A stretch of DNA of 64,000 nucleotides from an uncultured Bacilli bacterium (GTDB lineage Bacteria > Bacillota_I > Bacilli_A > RF39 > UBA660). Shown piece by piece: positions 26,919-36,494 of the stretch. The stretch lies in NCBI GenBank assembly GCA_944331915.1, contig CALVIR010000002.1, positions 7,149 through 71,148 of the forward strand, in the 5' to 3' direction. The position numbers and the translations under genes were made by a program. Within the stretch, counting starts at the first letter, position 1, and each line of letters starts with the position of its first letter. Below the pieces are notes generated by a model. That model worked only from the letters and a program-made list of their open reading frames with translations. It was not told where the DNA came from and searched no databases.

Positions 26919-29726
26919 CTATAGCATCTTCTTAAGAAATAATCCTGTATAAGATTCTTTCACTTTACTAACCTCTTCTGGAGTCCCAGTAGTAACTAAA
27001 TTACCACCCTCGTCTCCTCCTTCTGGACCTAAATCAATAATATAGTCTGCACACTTTATAACATCTAAATTATGCTCTATAACTACTACTGTGTCTTTAT
27101 TATCTACTATTTTTTGTAAAATTGCAAGTAGCTTCTTAATATCCGCAGAATGTAATCCTGTTGTTGGTTCATCTAAAACATATAAAGTTTTCCCTGTCGC
27201 TTTTTTCTGTAACTCTTTAGCAAGTTTAACTCTCTCTGCCTCTCCTCCTGACAAAGTTGGAGCACTTTGTCCTAATTTTATATAGCCAAGCCCCACATCT
27301 TCAAGAACTTGTAATTTATTCTTAATCTTAGGAACATTACTAAAGAATTCTAAAGCTTCACTAACTCGCATATCTAACACGTCAGCAATATTCTTCTCTT
27401 TATAGTAAATGTTTAAAGTCTTCTGATTATACCTTGTTCCATGACAAACCTCACATGGTACATAAACATCTGGTAAAAAATGCATTTCTATTTTTTTAAC
27501 TCCGTCCCCTCGACAAGCTTCGCATCTTCCTCCTTTTACATTGAAAGAAAATCTATTCTTCTCAAAGCCATACATTTTTGCTTCTTTGGTATTCGTAAAC
27601 AACTCTCTAATATCATCAAATACTCCCGTATAAGTAGCAGGATTACTCCTAGGTGTTCTACCAATTGGACTTTGAGAAATATCTACTAGTTTATCAATAT
27701 TTTCAAGTCCAAGAATCTTATCATGTTTACCAGCTTTTTCTTTAGCTTTATATAATTTATTAGAAACTGCTTTAACTAATATCTCATTAATTAAACTACT
27801 CTTTCCACTACCACTTACTCCTGTTACACAAGTAAATGTGCCAAGTGGAATTTTAACATCAATATTTTTAAGATTATTCTCTCTAGCTCCTTTAATAGTA
27901 ATAAATTTACCTGTACCTTTTCTTCTTTTTTTTGGTACCTCAATACACTCTTTTCCGCTTAAGTAACGTCCCGTTATACTTTTATCATTAGCTTTTACTT
28001 CTAGAGGTGTTCCACAAGCAACTATTTCCCCACCTTTATCACCTGCTAAAGGTCCTACATCAACTAAAAAATCAGCTGCTAACATTGTATCTGTATCATG
28101 TTCAACAACAATTAATGTATTACCTAAATCTCTCATTTCTAGTAAAGAATTTATTAATCGATTATTATCTCGCTGATGAAGACCAATACTAGGTTCATCT
28201 AAAACGTATAATACTCCCGTTAATCTTGAACCAATCTGTGTCGCTAATCTAATTCTTTGTGCTTCTCCACCAGATAAAGTACCTGCACTACGTGCTAGTG
28301 TTAAATAAGAAAGCCCTACGTTATTTAAGAAAGTAAGACGTGATTTAATCTCTTTTAAAATAAGGTCAGCAATTTGCATTTTTTCTTCACTTAAAGTTAA
28401 AGAATCAAAGAAAGTAATTAACTCTTTAACACTCATACAAGTTACTTCATATATATTTTTAGAAGCAATTTTAACCGCTAACACATTATCACTAAGTCTA
28501 GCTCCTTTACATGTTTCACAAGTATGTTCAACCATAAAATTCTCAAGCCATTCTCTAATCCAAGTACTAGACGTTTCCATATACCGTCTTTCTAAGTTAT
28601 TTATAATACCTTCATAGTAATCAGTTTGGTTAGTCACATTACCACTTTTAGAAGTATATTTAAAGTTTATTAATTCATCACTACCATAAAGAATAAGTTC
28701 TTTTTCTCGTTCTGTTAACTTCTTAAATGGCTTCGTAAGAGAAATCTTATAATGTTTACACATACATTCTAAACGTTTAAAATAAATATTATCAGTATCA
28801 TCTCCTAAAGTTTTAATCGCTCCTTCTTTTAAACTAAGATCTTTATTAGGGATAACTAAATCAGGATCAATTCTAAGCTTTACTCCTAAACCTTTACAAT
28901 CAGGACAAGCTCCATAAGGGGCATTAAAGCTAAATAACCTAGGCTCTAACTCCGGTAAAGAAAAGTCACAATAGGGACAAGCAAAATCTTCAGAAAAGAC
29001 AACCTCTTTATCCCCCATAAAATCAACAACCACTTTACCTTTACTTAATTTTGTCGCCACCTCTAAAGATTCAAATAATCTACTTCTAATATTTTCTTTT
29101 AAGACAATTCTATCAACAACAACATCAATATTAGACTTTTTATTTTTCTCAAGTTCAATATTCTCTGTCAAATCACGCATTTCTCCATTTACTCTAACTC
29201 TTACGAAACCTTTTTTAGCAAGATCTTCAAATAAATCTTTATGAGTTCCTTTTTCACCATGAACAACTGGAGCCATAATTATAATACGTGTACCTTCTTC
29301 ACGTTCTAATATCTTGTTGGTAATCTCTTCAATACTTTGACTTGTAATAGGTATATTATGATTAGGACAATAAGGAACACCAACTCTAGCAAATAAAAGA
29401 CGCAAATAATCATAAATTTCTGTTACGGTCCCTACTGTACTACGAGGATTTTTACTCGTTGTTTTTTGATCGATACTAATCGCCGGTGATAACCCCTCTA
29501 TAGAATCAACATCAGGTTTTTCTGTTCCCCCTAAAAACTGTCTTGCATAAGCTGACAAACTCTCTACATATCTTCTTTGTCCTTCTGCATAAATTGTGTC
29601 AAAAGCAAGTGAACTTTTACCACTACCACTCACTCCTGTCATAACAGTAAGTTTATTTTTAGGTATTTCAATACTAACATTTTTTAAATTATTTTCCCTA
29701 GCTCCTTTAACAATAATTTTATCCAT
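26919..29726 (-). CDS. uvrA: Excinuclease ABC subunit A
   Basis: 935 aa with two ABC ATPase modules (GVSGSGKSS twice, LSGGE twice) and zinc-finger Cys clusters. Confidence 0.97.
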   Translation of the reverse strand: MDKIIVKGARENNLKNVSIEIPKNKLTVMTGVSGSGKSSLAFDTIYAEGQRRYVESLSAYARQFLGGTEKPDVDSIEGLSPAISIDQKTTSKNPRSTVGTVTEIYDYLRLLFARVGVPYCPNHNIPITSQSIEEITNKILEREEGTRIIIMAPVVHGEKGTHKDLFEDLAKKGFVRVRVNGEMRDLTENIELEKNKKSNIDVVVDRIVLKENIRSRLFESLEVATKLSKGKVVVDFMGDKEVVFSEDFACPYCDFSLPELEPRLFSFNAPYGACPDCKGLGVKLRIDPDLVIPNKDLSLKEGAIKTLGDDTDNIYFKRLECMCKHYKISLTKPFKKLTEREKELILYGSDELINFKYTSKSGNVTNQTDYYEGIINNLERRYMETSSTWIREWLENFMVEHTCETCKGARLSDNVLAVKIASKNIYEVTCMSVKELITFFDSLTLSEEKMQIADLILKEIKSRLTFLNNVGLSYLTLARSAGTLSGGEAQRIRLATQIGSRLTGVLYVLDEPSIGLHQRDNNRLINSLLEMRDLGNTLIVVEHDTDTMLAADFLVDVGPLAGDKGGEIVACGTPLEVKANDKSITGRYLSGKECIEVPKKRRKGTGKFITIKGARENNLKNIDVKIPLGTFTCVTGVSGSGKSSLINEILVKAVSNKLYKAKEKAGKHDKILGLENIDKLVDISQSPIGRTPRSNPATYTGVFDDIRELFTNTKEAKMYGFEKNRFSFNVKGGRCEACRGDGVKKIEMHFLPDVYVPCEVCHGTRYNQKTLNIYYKEKNIADVLDMRVSEALEFFSNVPKIKNKLQVLEDVGLGYIKLGQSAPTLSGGEAERVKLAKELQKKATGKTLYVLDEPTTGLHSADIKKLLAILQKIVDNKDTVVVIEHNLDVIKCADYIIDLGPEGGDEGGNLVTTGTPEEVSKVKESYTGLFLKKML

Positions 29727-29821
29727 AATCTCACTTCCTTAAAACAGTTATTAGTATACCAGAACAAATAAAACAAAACAAGTTATCTTTTCTACCAAAT
29801 TCTTCTTTTCTAAGCAAATAA

Positions 29822-29852
29822 ATCATAGCACTTTGAACAAATGTTTGTCAAT
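29822..29852 (-). promoter_or_regulatory. uvrA promoter overlapped by a Cheo (LexA) box-like site
   Basis: On the minus strand: TTGACA, 18 nt spacer, TATGAT with an upstream TG. The palindrome GAACAAATGTTT (29835-29846) matches GAAC-N4-GTTC except for its last base. Confidence 0.55.
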
Positions 29853-29909
29853 GCTTTTTTGATTTCTATACGCACTTTCCTTATAAATAAAAAAAAGACA
29901 TACTGTCTT

Positions 29910-30584
29910 CTAACGATGCCCTAATACTAAAACTAGTAAAGGTATTAATAAACTAACGGAAATAATAACAAAAGCTAACAAGTAGTTAGTTGCAAATGCT
30001 GCGATACTATTATCTTCTTTAAAATTATCTTTAACCTCATCACTATACTTACCAGTCCTTTTAACAAGACTATTACCCCTTCCTGACCCATTAGAACTAT
30101 TTTTCTTAGCCACATCATCCTGTAATTCTTTTTCTAATTTTTGTATTTCTTGTTCATTCTTTGCCTTTAAATAATCATTAAGATAAAGATGTGCACCATT
30201 AACTAATATTCTACGGTAATAATTTACAAGATTGTTAGGAATAAAGATTTCAAACTGTGAAAAGTTACTTTTAATATAATCACTATTTAAATTTTCGGGT
30301 TCAACCCCCATATATAAAGCAAGTTGTAATGTTGCTGCTGCATAAATATTGTTATTTATATTAGTCGCAATATTATCCTCTAATTCTGCTAGATAATTAT
30401 AATTAATTATTTTATCACCATTATTTTTCTCAACTACCTCAATAGCTCTTGTATTAAAACTCCTAATATAATAACCATTATTATGAATATTATGCATACT
30501 ATAATCCATGGCCATAAACAATTTCGTACAATCATCATCGCTATGATGATATTGATACCAATCTTGTAATTTCATAGCTACCAC
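29910..30584 (-). CDS. Hypothetical C-terminally membrane-anchored protein
   Basis: 224-aa ORF with a C-terminal TM helix (LLAFVIISVSLLIPLLVLVL). No family recognised. Confidence 0.45.
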   Translation of the reverse strand: MVAMKLQDWYQYHHSDDDCTKLFMAMDYSMHNIHNNGYYIRSFNTRAIEVVEKNNGDKIINYNYLAELEDNIATNINNNIYAAATLQLALYMGVEPENLNSDYIKSNFSQFEIFIPNNLVNYYRRILVNGAHLYLNDYLKAKNEQEIQKLEKELQDDVAKKNSSNGSGRGNSLVKRTGKYSDEVKDNFKEDNSIAAFATNYLLAFVIISVSLLIPLLVLVLGHR

Positions 30585-30638
30585 CTAGTATAATTTTATC
30601 TTATAATTTAAAATTTTACAAGGGGGGGCTCGAGATTT

Positions 30639-32069
30639 CTATCTAGGTTTAAACTCCAATATTTTTTGTTTAGCTCGCGTTGTCTTTGCCATATCTAACC
30701 ACTCTTTATTAGGCCCACAAGAATTATTATCAGCAATTACTATTACTCTGTCTTTATTTTTTAAGTTATAATCTAATGGAACTTCAACACCATTTACAAC
30801 CGCTTTATCAAGATAATTACCAAAATCATCTCCAAGATAGTAAGCAAAATCTATCGGAGTTGCCCCTTTTGGAAATTCAATAAATTCTCCATTTTTATTA
30901 TAAACATACACTTTATCAGTAAATATTTCTGTCTTTACTTGGTTAATAAACTCATCATTTCTTTTAAAGTAATCACTAATATCTCTAATTGAATCACAAA
31001 ATTGACATCTTTTTCTAATCTCATCTTGAACAAATCTAAAAGGCCTATCTTGATTTAAATGTAAATAAGCAGGCAAGCCATAAGTATCTACTAAGTTCAT
31101 TTCCCTAGTTCTAATTTGTCCTTGTACCAAAGTACCATCAAACAAAGTAGAAACAGTATGTAACGACTGATAAAAATTAGTCTTAGGTGTCGCGATATAA
31201 TCTTTAAAACGTCCTAAAAGCGGTTTATATTCTTTATGCAATATTCCTAAAGTCTTATAACAATCTAAATAATCATCGGTAACAATCTTTAAAGCCAATA
31301 AATCATATATTGCCGATAATTCTTTATATTTTAATAATTTTTTATAAGTACTATATACACTCTTAATTCTAATATTACACTGTGCCGTTATATTATTATC
31401 CTTTAATTTAGCTTTAATATTATCAGTCATATCACTCAAAACATCTTTTTTCTCAATCTCAAGTTTCCCTATTTTTTCTTTGAGGCTACTATAAAGAAAA
31501 GGAGAAATAACCTTAAATGAATGATCCTCTAATTTGTTTTTTAACTGATACATTCCTGTATAAGCAGCTAGAGGCACATAAATTTCCATTGTTTCAATTG
31601 CATTCTCCTTCTGCTTAAAAATTTTTTTAAATCCTATCGTTTCCATATTATGCAATCTATCTGCACACTTAATCATTACAACCCTAATATCATCAGTTAT
31701 TGCATGTAAAATCTTTGAAGTATTTGCTTCTTCTTTCTCTTTTCTACTAGAAAAATTCATTCCTCTAAACTTACTAACTCCTTCAACCAAATTTGCTACT
31801 GTATCGTTGAATAGAGAAGCTATTTCATCTTTTGTAATTATTGTATCCTCAAGTGTATCATGTAATAGTCCCGCACAAATAACATCTTTATCAGCATACA
31901 TATCCGAAAGATAATACGCCACATGCAAAGGATGAATTATATAGGGTTCACCGCTTTCTCGAAACTGTCCATCATGTAATGAAGCAGCCAATTTGTAAGC
32001 TTTTTCTATCTCTTCAACACCAGTTATACTATGTTTCTTAACATTTAAAATTAAATCATTTATTGTCAT
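30639..32069 (-). CDS. RelA/SpoT-homolog (HD hydrolase, synthetase, TGS), lacking the usual C-terminal regulatory domains
   Basis: HD motif LLHDTLEDT, synthetase region YQSLHT and QIRT, TGS-like VYVYNKNGEFIEFPKGATPIDFAY. Only ~476 aa. Start taken at the ATG at 32069, behind GGAGGTGAG. Confidence 0.75.
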   Translation of the reverse strand: MTINDLILNVKKHSITGVEEIEKAYKLAASLHDGQFRESGEPYIIHPLHVAYYLSDMYADKDVICAGLLHDTLEDTIITKDEIASLFNDTVANLVEGVSKFRGMNFSSRKEKEEANTSKILHAITDDIRVVMIKCADRLHNMETIGFKKIFKQKENAIETMEIYVPLAAYTGMYQLKNKLEDHSFKVISPFLYSSLKEKIGKLEIEKKDVLSDMTDNIKAKLKDNNITAQCNIRIKSVYSTYKKLLKYKELSAIYDLLALKIVTDDYLDCYKTLGILHKEYKPLLGRFKDYIATPKTNFYQSLHTVSTLFDGTLVQGQIRTREMNLVDTYGLPAYLHLNQDRPFRFVQDEIRKRCQFCDSIRDISDYFKRNDEFINQVKTEIFTDKVYVYNKNGEFIEFPKGATPIDFAYYLGDDFGNYLDKAVVNGVEVPLDYNLKNKDRVIVIADNNSCGPNKEWLDMAKTTRAKQKILEFKPR

Positions 32070-32180
32070 ACTCTCACCTCCAATAGACAAAAAAACAGCC
32101 TTATTATTAGACTGTTCTTCCCCTTTTTCTCATTAATAATACCATAATACCACCACCAATGTTAAAAGAATATTAACAAA

Positions 32181-32765
32181 CTAAATTACCTCTGTCAACC
32201 CCTTTTTATATAAATAATTCTTAAACTCTTTCACTACCCGACTTATTTTCGAGGAGCTAACTCCAAGTAATTTAGTAATTTCTTGATACCTAAAATCATT
32301 TAATCTTAACTCTAAAATAGCTCTATCTATAATATCAATGCTATAAAAATAATCTTTAATATTTTCCTCTAAATAAACAGTATCAACATATTCATAAGGA
32401 TCAGCTTGCTTAACATCTTGAATTTCAAAATCAAGTTCTTGATAATGCAAAAGAGGCTGATTCTTTTTCGCTAGAAATTGTCTCATGTAATTTTTATAAC
32501 AAGAATCTAAACAAGTTGAGAAAAAAGAATAAAACAAATATCCTCTATTAACATCAAATAATTTTATACTACTATTAAAACACTCATAACCTTTTATAAT
32601 AAAATCTTCTAAAAGAATAGCACTATAATTATTACTTTTTAAATAAGCATAATATTTTTTTGCTTTATTAATAATTACGGGTTTATACTTTTCTAGCATA
32701 ATCTTATATGCAATTTCATCATTATCTTCAATTAAATATAACAGTTCATAATCATTATATACCAT
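32181..32765 (-). CDS. Sigma-70 family factor, SigH-like by position
   Basis: 194 aa with a C-terminal region-4 HTH (YQEITKLLGVSSSKISRVV). Sits in the conserved cysS-mrnC-rlmB-sigH order. Confidence 0.55.
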   Translation of the reverse strand: MVYNDYELLYLIEDNDEIAYKIMLEKYKPVIINKAKKYYAYLKSNNYSAILLEDFIIKGYECFNSSIKLFDVNRGYLFYSFFSTCLDSCYKNYMRQFLAKKNQPLLHYQELDFEIQDVKQADPYEYVDTVYLEENIKDYFYSIDIIDRAILELRLNDFRYQEITKLLGVSSSKISRVVKEFKNYLYKKGLTEVI

Positions 32766-32770
32766 AGATC

Positions 32771-33475
32771 CTACTTTCTATGGCGAACTACCTCATAAAT
32801 CATTATTCCTGCCGCTACAGAAGCATTTAAACTATCTAGTTTATTAGACATCGGAATAGTAATTAATTCATCACATGATTTTTTTACTAACTGCCCTATT
32901 CCTTTCTCTTCATTACCAATAATAAGACCTACTTTAGACGCATAATCAACTAAGCTATAATCTTTTCCATCTAAACTACTACCATAAATAAAGAAACCTT
33001 CATCTTGTAATCTTTTAATAGTATTCACAATATTGGTAACTAAAACTATATCAATGTCAAAAAGAGTTCCTACACTAGTTTTAACGACTGTCGAATTAAC
33101 AAGCACTTGTCTATCTTTAGGAATAATAATTGTTTTAACCCCTGCTGCTACAGCTGTCCTAATTATTGCCCCTAAATTATGCGGATCAACAATATGATCT
33201 AATATCAAAATGAAATTATTATCTGTAGTTAAAACATCATCTAGTGTTTTATACTGGTATTCCGCCATATCAAAAATTATACCTTGATGAACTCCATTTG
33301 CCAATTTGTCAAGATCGTGTTTTTCCTTCAAAATAAGCTTAGATTTTGCAAATTCCCCTAGGAGATTTTGATTTTTCAGATAAAAATTCCGGTCAAAATA
33401 AATTTTTCGTACTTTTTCACTTATTTTTTTATCACTAAGTATTCGTTCCGCTACATTTCTCCCATAAACTAACAT
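32771..33475 (-). CDS. rlmB: 23S rRNA (guanosine-2'-O)-methyltransferase, SpoU/TrmH family
   Basis: 234 aa with SpoU motifs (DPHNLGAIIRTA, GNEEKG, SLNASVAAGI). Synteny. Confidence 0.85.
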   Translation of the reverse strand: MLVYGRNVAERILSDKKISEKVRKIYFDRNFYLKNQNLLGEFAKSKLILKEKHDLDKLANGVHQGIIFDMAEYQYKTLDDVLTTDNNFILILDHIVDPHNLGAIIRTAVAAGVKTIIIPKDRQVLVNSTVVKTSVGTLFDIDIVLVTNIVNTIKRLQDEGFFIYGSSLDGKDYSLVDYASKVGLIIGNEEKGIGQLVKKSCDELITIPMSNKLDSLNASVAAGIMIYEVVRHRK

Positions 33476-33476
33476 T

Positions 33477-33851
33477 TTAAACCTCCACTATTATCTCTAT
33501 TAATTTATTTATTTTCTCTTCTTGACCAGTCAATTTAAAATAACCAATAACCGCTTCAAGTCCTGTCGCTTTCTTATAAGTAATGATATCACAACCTTTA
33601 GGAGCATTATGACTTTTAGCATTTCGCGCCCTTTTAATTAACGATATTTCTTCTTCATTAAAAAATTTCCTTTCCAAAAGAACAGATAAAAAATAAGCTT
33701 GTCTTTTCGCACTTACATAGTTAATCGCAACTTGCTGTAATAAGTTCACTTTATTAATTCCTTTACTAAGTAAATAAAGTCTTATTTTCTCTTCATAAAC
33801 AGCATCCCCAAGATAAGCTAAAACAAGTGAATTTATACCTCTTATATCCAT
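33477..33851 (-). CDS. mrnC: Mini-ribonuclease 3
   Basis: LAYLGDAVYE RNase III-like signature. Start moved to the ATG at 33851 (MDIRGINS), because the track ORF begins at a TTG. Confidence 0.8.
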   Translation of the reverse strand: MDIRGINSLVLAYLGDAVYEEKIRLYLLSKGINKVNLLQQVAINYVSAKRQAYFLSVLLERKFFNEEEISLIKRARNAKSHNAPKGCDIITYKKATGLEAVIGYFKLTGQEEKINKLIEIIVEV

Positions 33852-34170
33852 ATAACCACCGAACACAATATATTTTGTTTTGATCCTTGTCGTTACCTCC
33901 AAGGTTTCCTACTTCATAGATAAGGTAACCCCTATTCTCCATAGGCTTAAATTCCGATAGTCGCTACCGTACTTTTTTGTCCTTTCTTTATTTTAAGCAT
34001 GAGCATTATCCAATCTTTATAGTGTAACCTTAAATCTTAAAACATAATATTTACGCTCACTATCAAACTCTTTTATATATTACACAAAGAGGAAAATTTT
34101 TAACCCCATTCTATAGTCTAAACTTATATGCTTTATACACTTTTATAATGACACCTCTTTGATGTAACCA

Positions 34171-34199
34171 ATTTATCATATAGAACAACAGTTTGTCAA
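34171..34199 (-). promoter_or_regulatory. Second promoter with a Cheo-box-like palindrome, upstream of a ~300-nt leader
   Basis: On the minus strand: TTGACA, 17 nt spacer, ATAAAT. GAACAACAGTTT at 34183-34194. The surrounding ~55 nt resemble the uvrA promoter region. Confidence 0.4.
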
Positions 34200-34251
34200 T
34201 AGCATTTTGAAATTTAAACACACTTTCCTTATAATAAAAAAGATTAGAAAT

Positions 34252-34944
34252 CTAATCTCTATCATTTCCCATTACTACTAAGACAAGTCTTAATAGTTCA
34301 AGTAATGTTGTAATAAGTCCTGCTACATAAGTAAAAGCTGCTGCTCTTAACACACTACTAGCTCCGCTTCTTTCTTCACTATTAACAATTTTTAAATCAG
34401 TTAAAAACCGTTTACCTCGTTTTGAAGCATCAAACTCTACTGGTAAGGTAATAAGTTGAAATAAAACGATTATAATCAACAACCAAATTCCAACCCAAGC
34501 TAAATCAATGGCATTAAAAATTAACCCAATTAAAACAGCCATATAACCAAACTTACTACTAAAATTAACAAATGGTACTAAAAATGATCTAAATCTCAAA
34601 AAGAAATAACTTTCTTTATCCTGAACTGCATGACCACATTCATGAGCAGCGACAGATACACTAGCTATACTTGTACCATTATAAATATCCGTTGAAAGTC
34701 TAACCACTTTAGCTTTAGGATCATAATGATCACTCAGTACTCCTTTTGTCTCTACAACATAAACTTTTTCAAGTCCATTTTTCTTTAATATCTCTCTTGC
34801 TGCTTCAGCACCTGTAATTCCACTTTTAACCTCTACTTTTTTATATTTACTATATTTTGTTCTAAGATATATATCTGCTCCTAAAGAAATTATAAATGCT
34901 ATTATTGTTAAGCTATAACCAACATAAATATAATTAAATCCCAT
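34252..34944 (-). CDS. Membrane zinc metallopeptidase (Zn_peptidase_2 family)
   Basis: 230 aa with HECGHAVQD (HExxH) and flanking TM helices. Confidence 0.8.
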   Translation of the reverse strand: MGFNYIYVGYSLTIIAFIISLGADIYLRTKYSKYKKVEVKSGITGAEAAREILKKNGLEKVYVVETKGVLSDHYDPKAKVVRLSTDIYNGTSIASVSVAAHECGHAVQDKESYFFLRFRSFLVPFVNFSSKFGYMAVLIGLIFNAIDLAWVGIWLLIIIVLFQLITLPVEFDASKRGKRFLTDLKIVNSEERSGASSVLRAAAFTYVAGLITTLLELLRLVLVVMGNDRD

Positions 34945-34954
34945 TTAATCCCTC

Positions 34955-36337
34955 CTATATTCGTTTATAAATAGTTCCTTCTCTACCATCTATTAACTGT
35001 ATACCTTGACTAAGTAACAACTCTCTAATTCTATCAGCTTCAACATAATTTTTATTTTTTTTCGCAATATTCCTCTCTTCAATAAGTTTTAACACCTCAT
35101 CACCTAATTCTATTATATCATCTTTTAGTAAATCTAGTCCTAAAACTTTATCAAATTCTTCTACTAAAAATCGTTTACTATAATCATTTAAAGAGCTTTT
35201 AAGCACCTCATAAAGAACAGTTAAAGCTAAAGCCGTATTCATATCATCTCCTAAAGCCTCTTTAAATTTATCAAGATATTGCTCTATCTCTTCTTTTTGT
35301 ATATCTCCTTCTGTTTTCAAAGCTAAGGTTTTATTTTTTAATTTCAAATATGTCCGTTCTGCTTGATCTAGGGCCTCATAAGTAAAAAGTAAAGGTTTAC
35401 GATAATGAGACTCTAAACACATATAGCGATAACTTAAAGGATTATACCCTTTATCTTCTAAGGTTTTAACGGTTAGAATATCCCCTTTTGATTTACTCAT
35501 CTTTCCCCTTTGATCATTTAAATGTTCTCCATGAACCCAATAATTACACCATTTATGTCCAAGATAAGCTTCACTTTGCGCAATCTCATTAGTATGATGT
35601 GGAAAGATATTATCAACTCCACCGCAATGAATGTCTAGATATTCCCCTAAATTTTTAATAGCAATCGCAGAACACTCTATATGCCAACCAGGGTATCCTA
35701 AGCCAAAAGGACTTTCCCATTTTAACTCCTGATCATCAAATTTTGATTTTGTAAACCACAAGACAAAGTCAGCCTGATTTTTCTTATTAGGATCAGCTTC
35801 TACCCCAGCTCTTACTCCTACTACCATTTCATCAATTTTATGGTTTGTAAGAACATAATAATCTTTTAATTTAGATACATCAAAATAAACATTACCTCCA
35901 GCTTGATAAGCATAGTTATCAGCAAGTAACTTTTCAATTATTTTTATATAATAATCTATATTTTCTGTCGCTGGACTAACAATACTAGGCCAAGTTATAT
36001 TAAGCTTACTGGCATCTTTTTTAAATTCTTCTGTATAAAATTCAGCAATATCTAAGACTGTTTTATGCTCTCTTCTCGCACTTTTAAGCATTTTATCTTC
36101 CCCACTATCAGAATCACTTGATAAATGTCCAACATCAGTAATATTCATCGCTCTTTTAACTTTATAACCTAACAAAGTTAAAGTCTTTTCTAATATATCT
36201 TCCATTATATAAGTCCTTAAGTTACCAATATGTGCATAATGATAAACAGTAGGTCCACAAGTATACATCTTAACCTCATTTTTATCTATTGGTACAAACT
36301 CTTCAACTTTTCTTGTAAGAGTATTATATAGCTTCAT
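34955..36337 (-). CDS. cysS: Cysteine--tRNA ligase
   Basis: HIGN (HIGH) and KMSKS motifs, class I fold. Start taken at MKLYNTLT. Confidence 0.95.
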   Translation of the reverse strand: MKLYNTLTRKVEEFVPIDKNEVKMYTCGPTVYHYAHIGNLRTYIMEDILEKTLTLLGYKVKRAMNITDVGHLSSDSDSGEDKMLKSARREHKTVLDIAEFYTEEFKKDASKLNITWPSIVSPATENIDYYIKIIEKLLADNYAYQAGGNVYFDVSKLKDYYVLTNHKIDEMVVGVRAGVEADPNKKNQADFVLWFTKSKFDDQELKWESPFGLGYPGWHIECSAIAIKNLGEYLDIHCGGVDNIFPHHTNEIAQSEAYLGHKWCNYWVHGEHLNDQRGKMSKSKGDILTVKTLEDKGYNPLSYRYMCLESHYRKPLLFTYEALDQAERTYLKLKNKTLALKTEGDIQKEEIEQYLDKFKEALGDDMNTALALTVLYEVLKSSLNDYSKRFLVEEFDKVLGLDLLKDDIIELGDEVLKLIEERNIAKKNKNYVEADRIRELLLSQGIQLIDGREGTIYKRI

Positions 36338-36494
36338 AAAAAGCACCTCTTTCTAATTGTCTATATTATATCATTAAAATATCTAAAAGAAAATAAGAGA
36401 CTTACGCTTAATCTCTTACTATATTATATGAATATTTTACAATTTTCTTTTCTTCTTTTGAAAACCATATCTATCACTTTCTTCTATAACATAA

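Noticed and set aside
25040-28192. Plus-strand ORFs inside trxB and uvrA (25040-25291, 27091-27285, 27480-27689, 28007-28192)
   Set aside because: They are shadow ORFs antisense to strongly supported genes.
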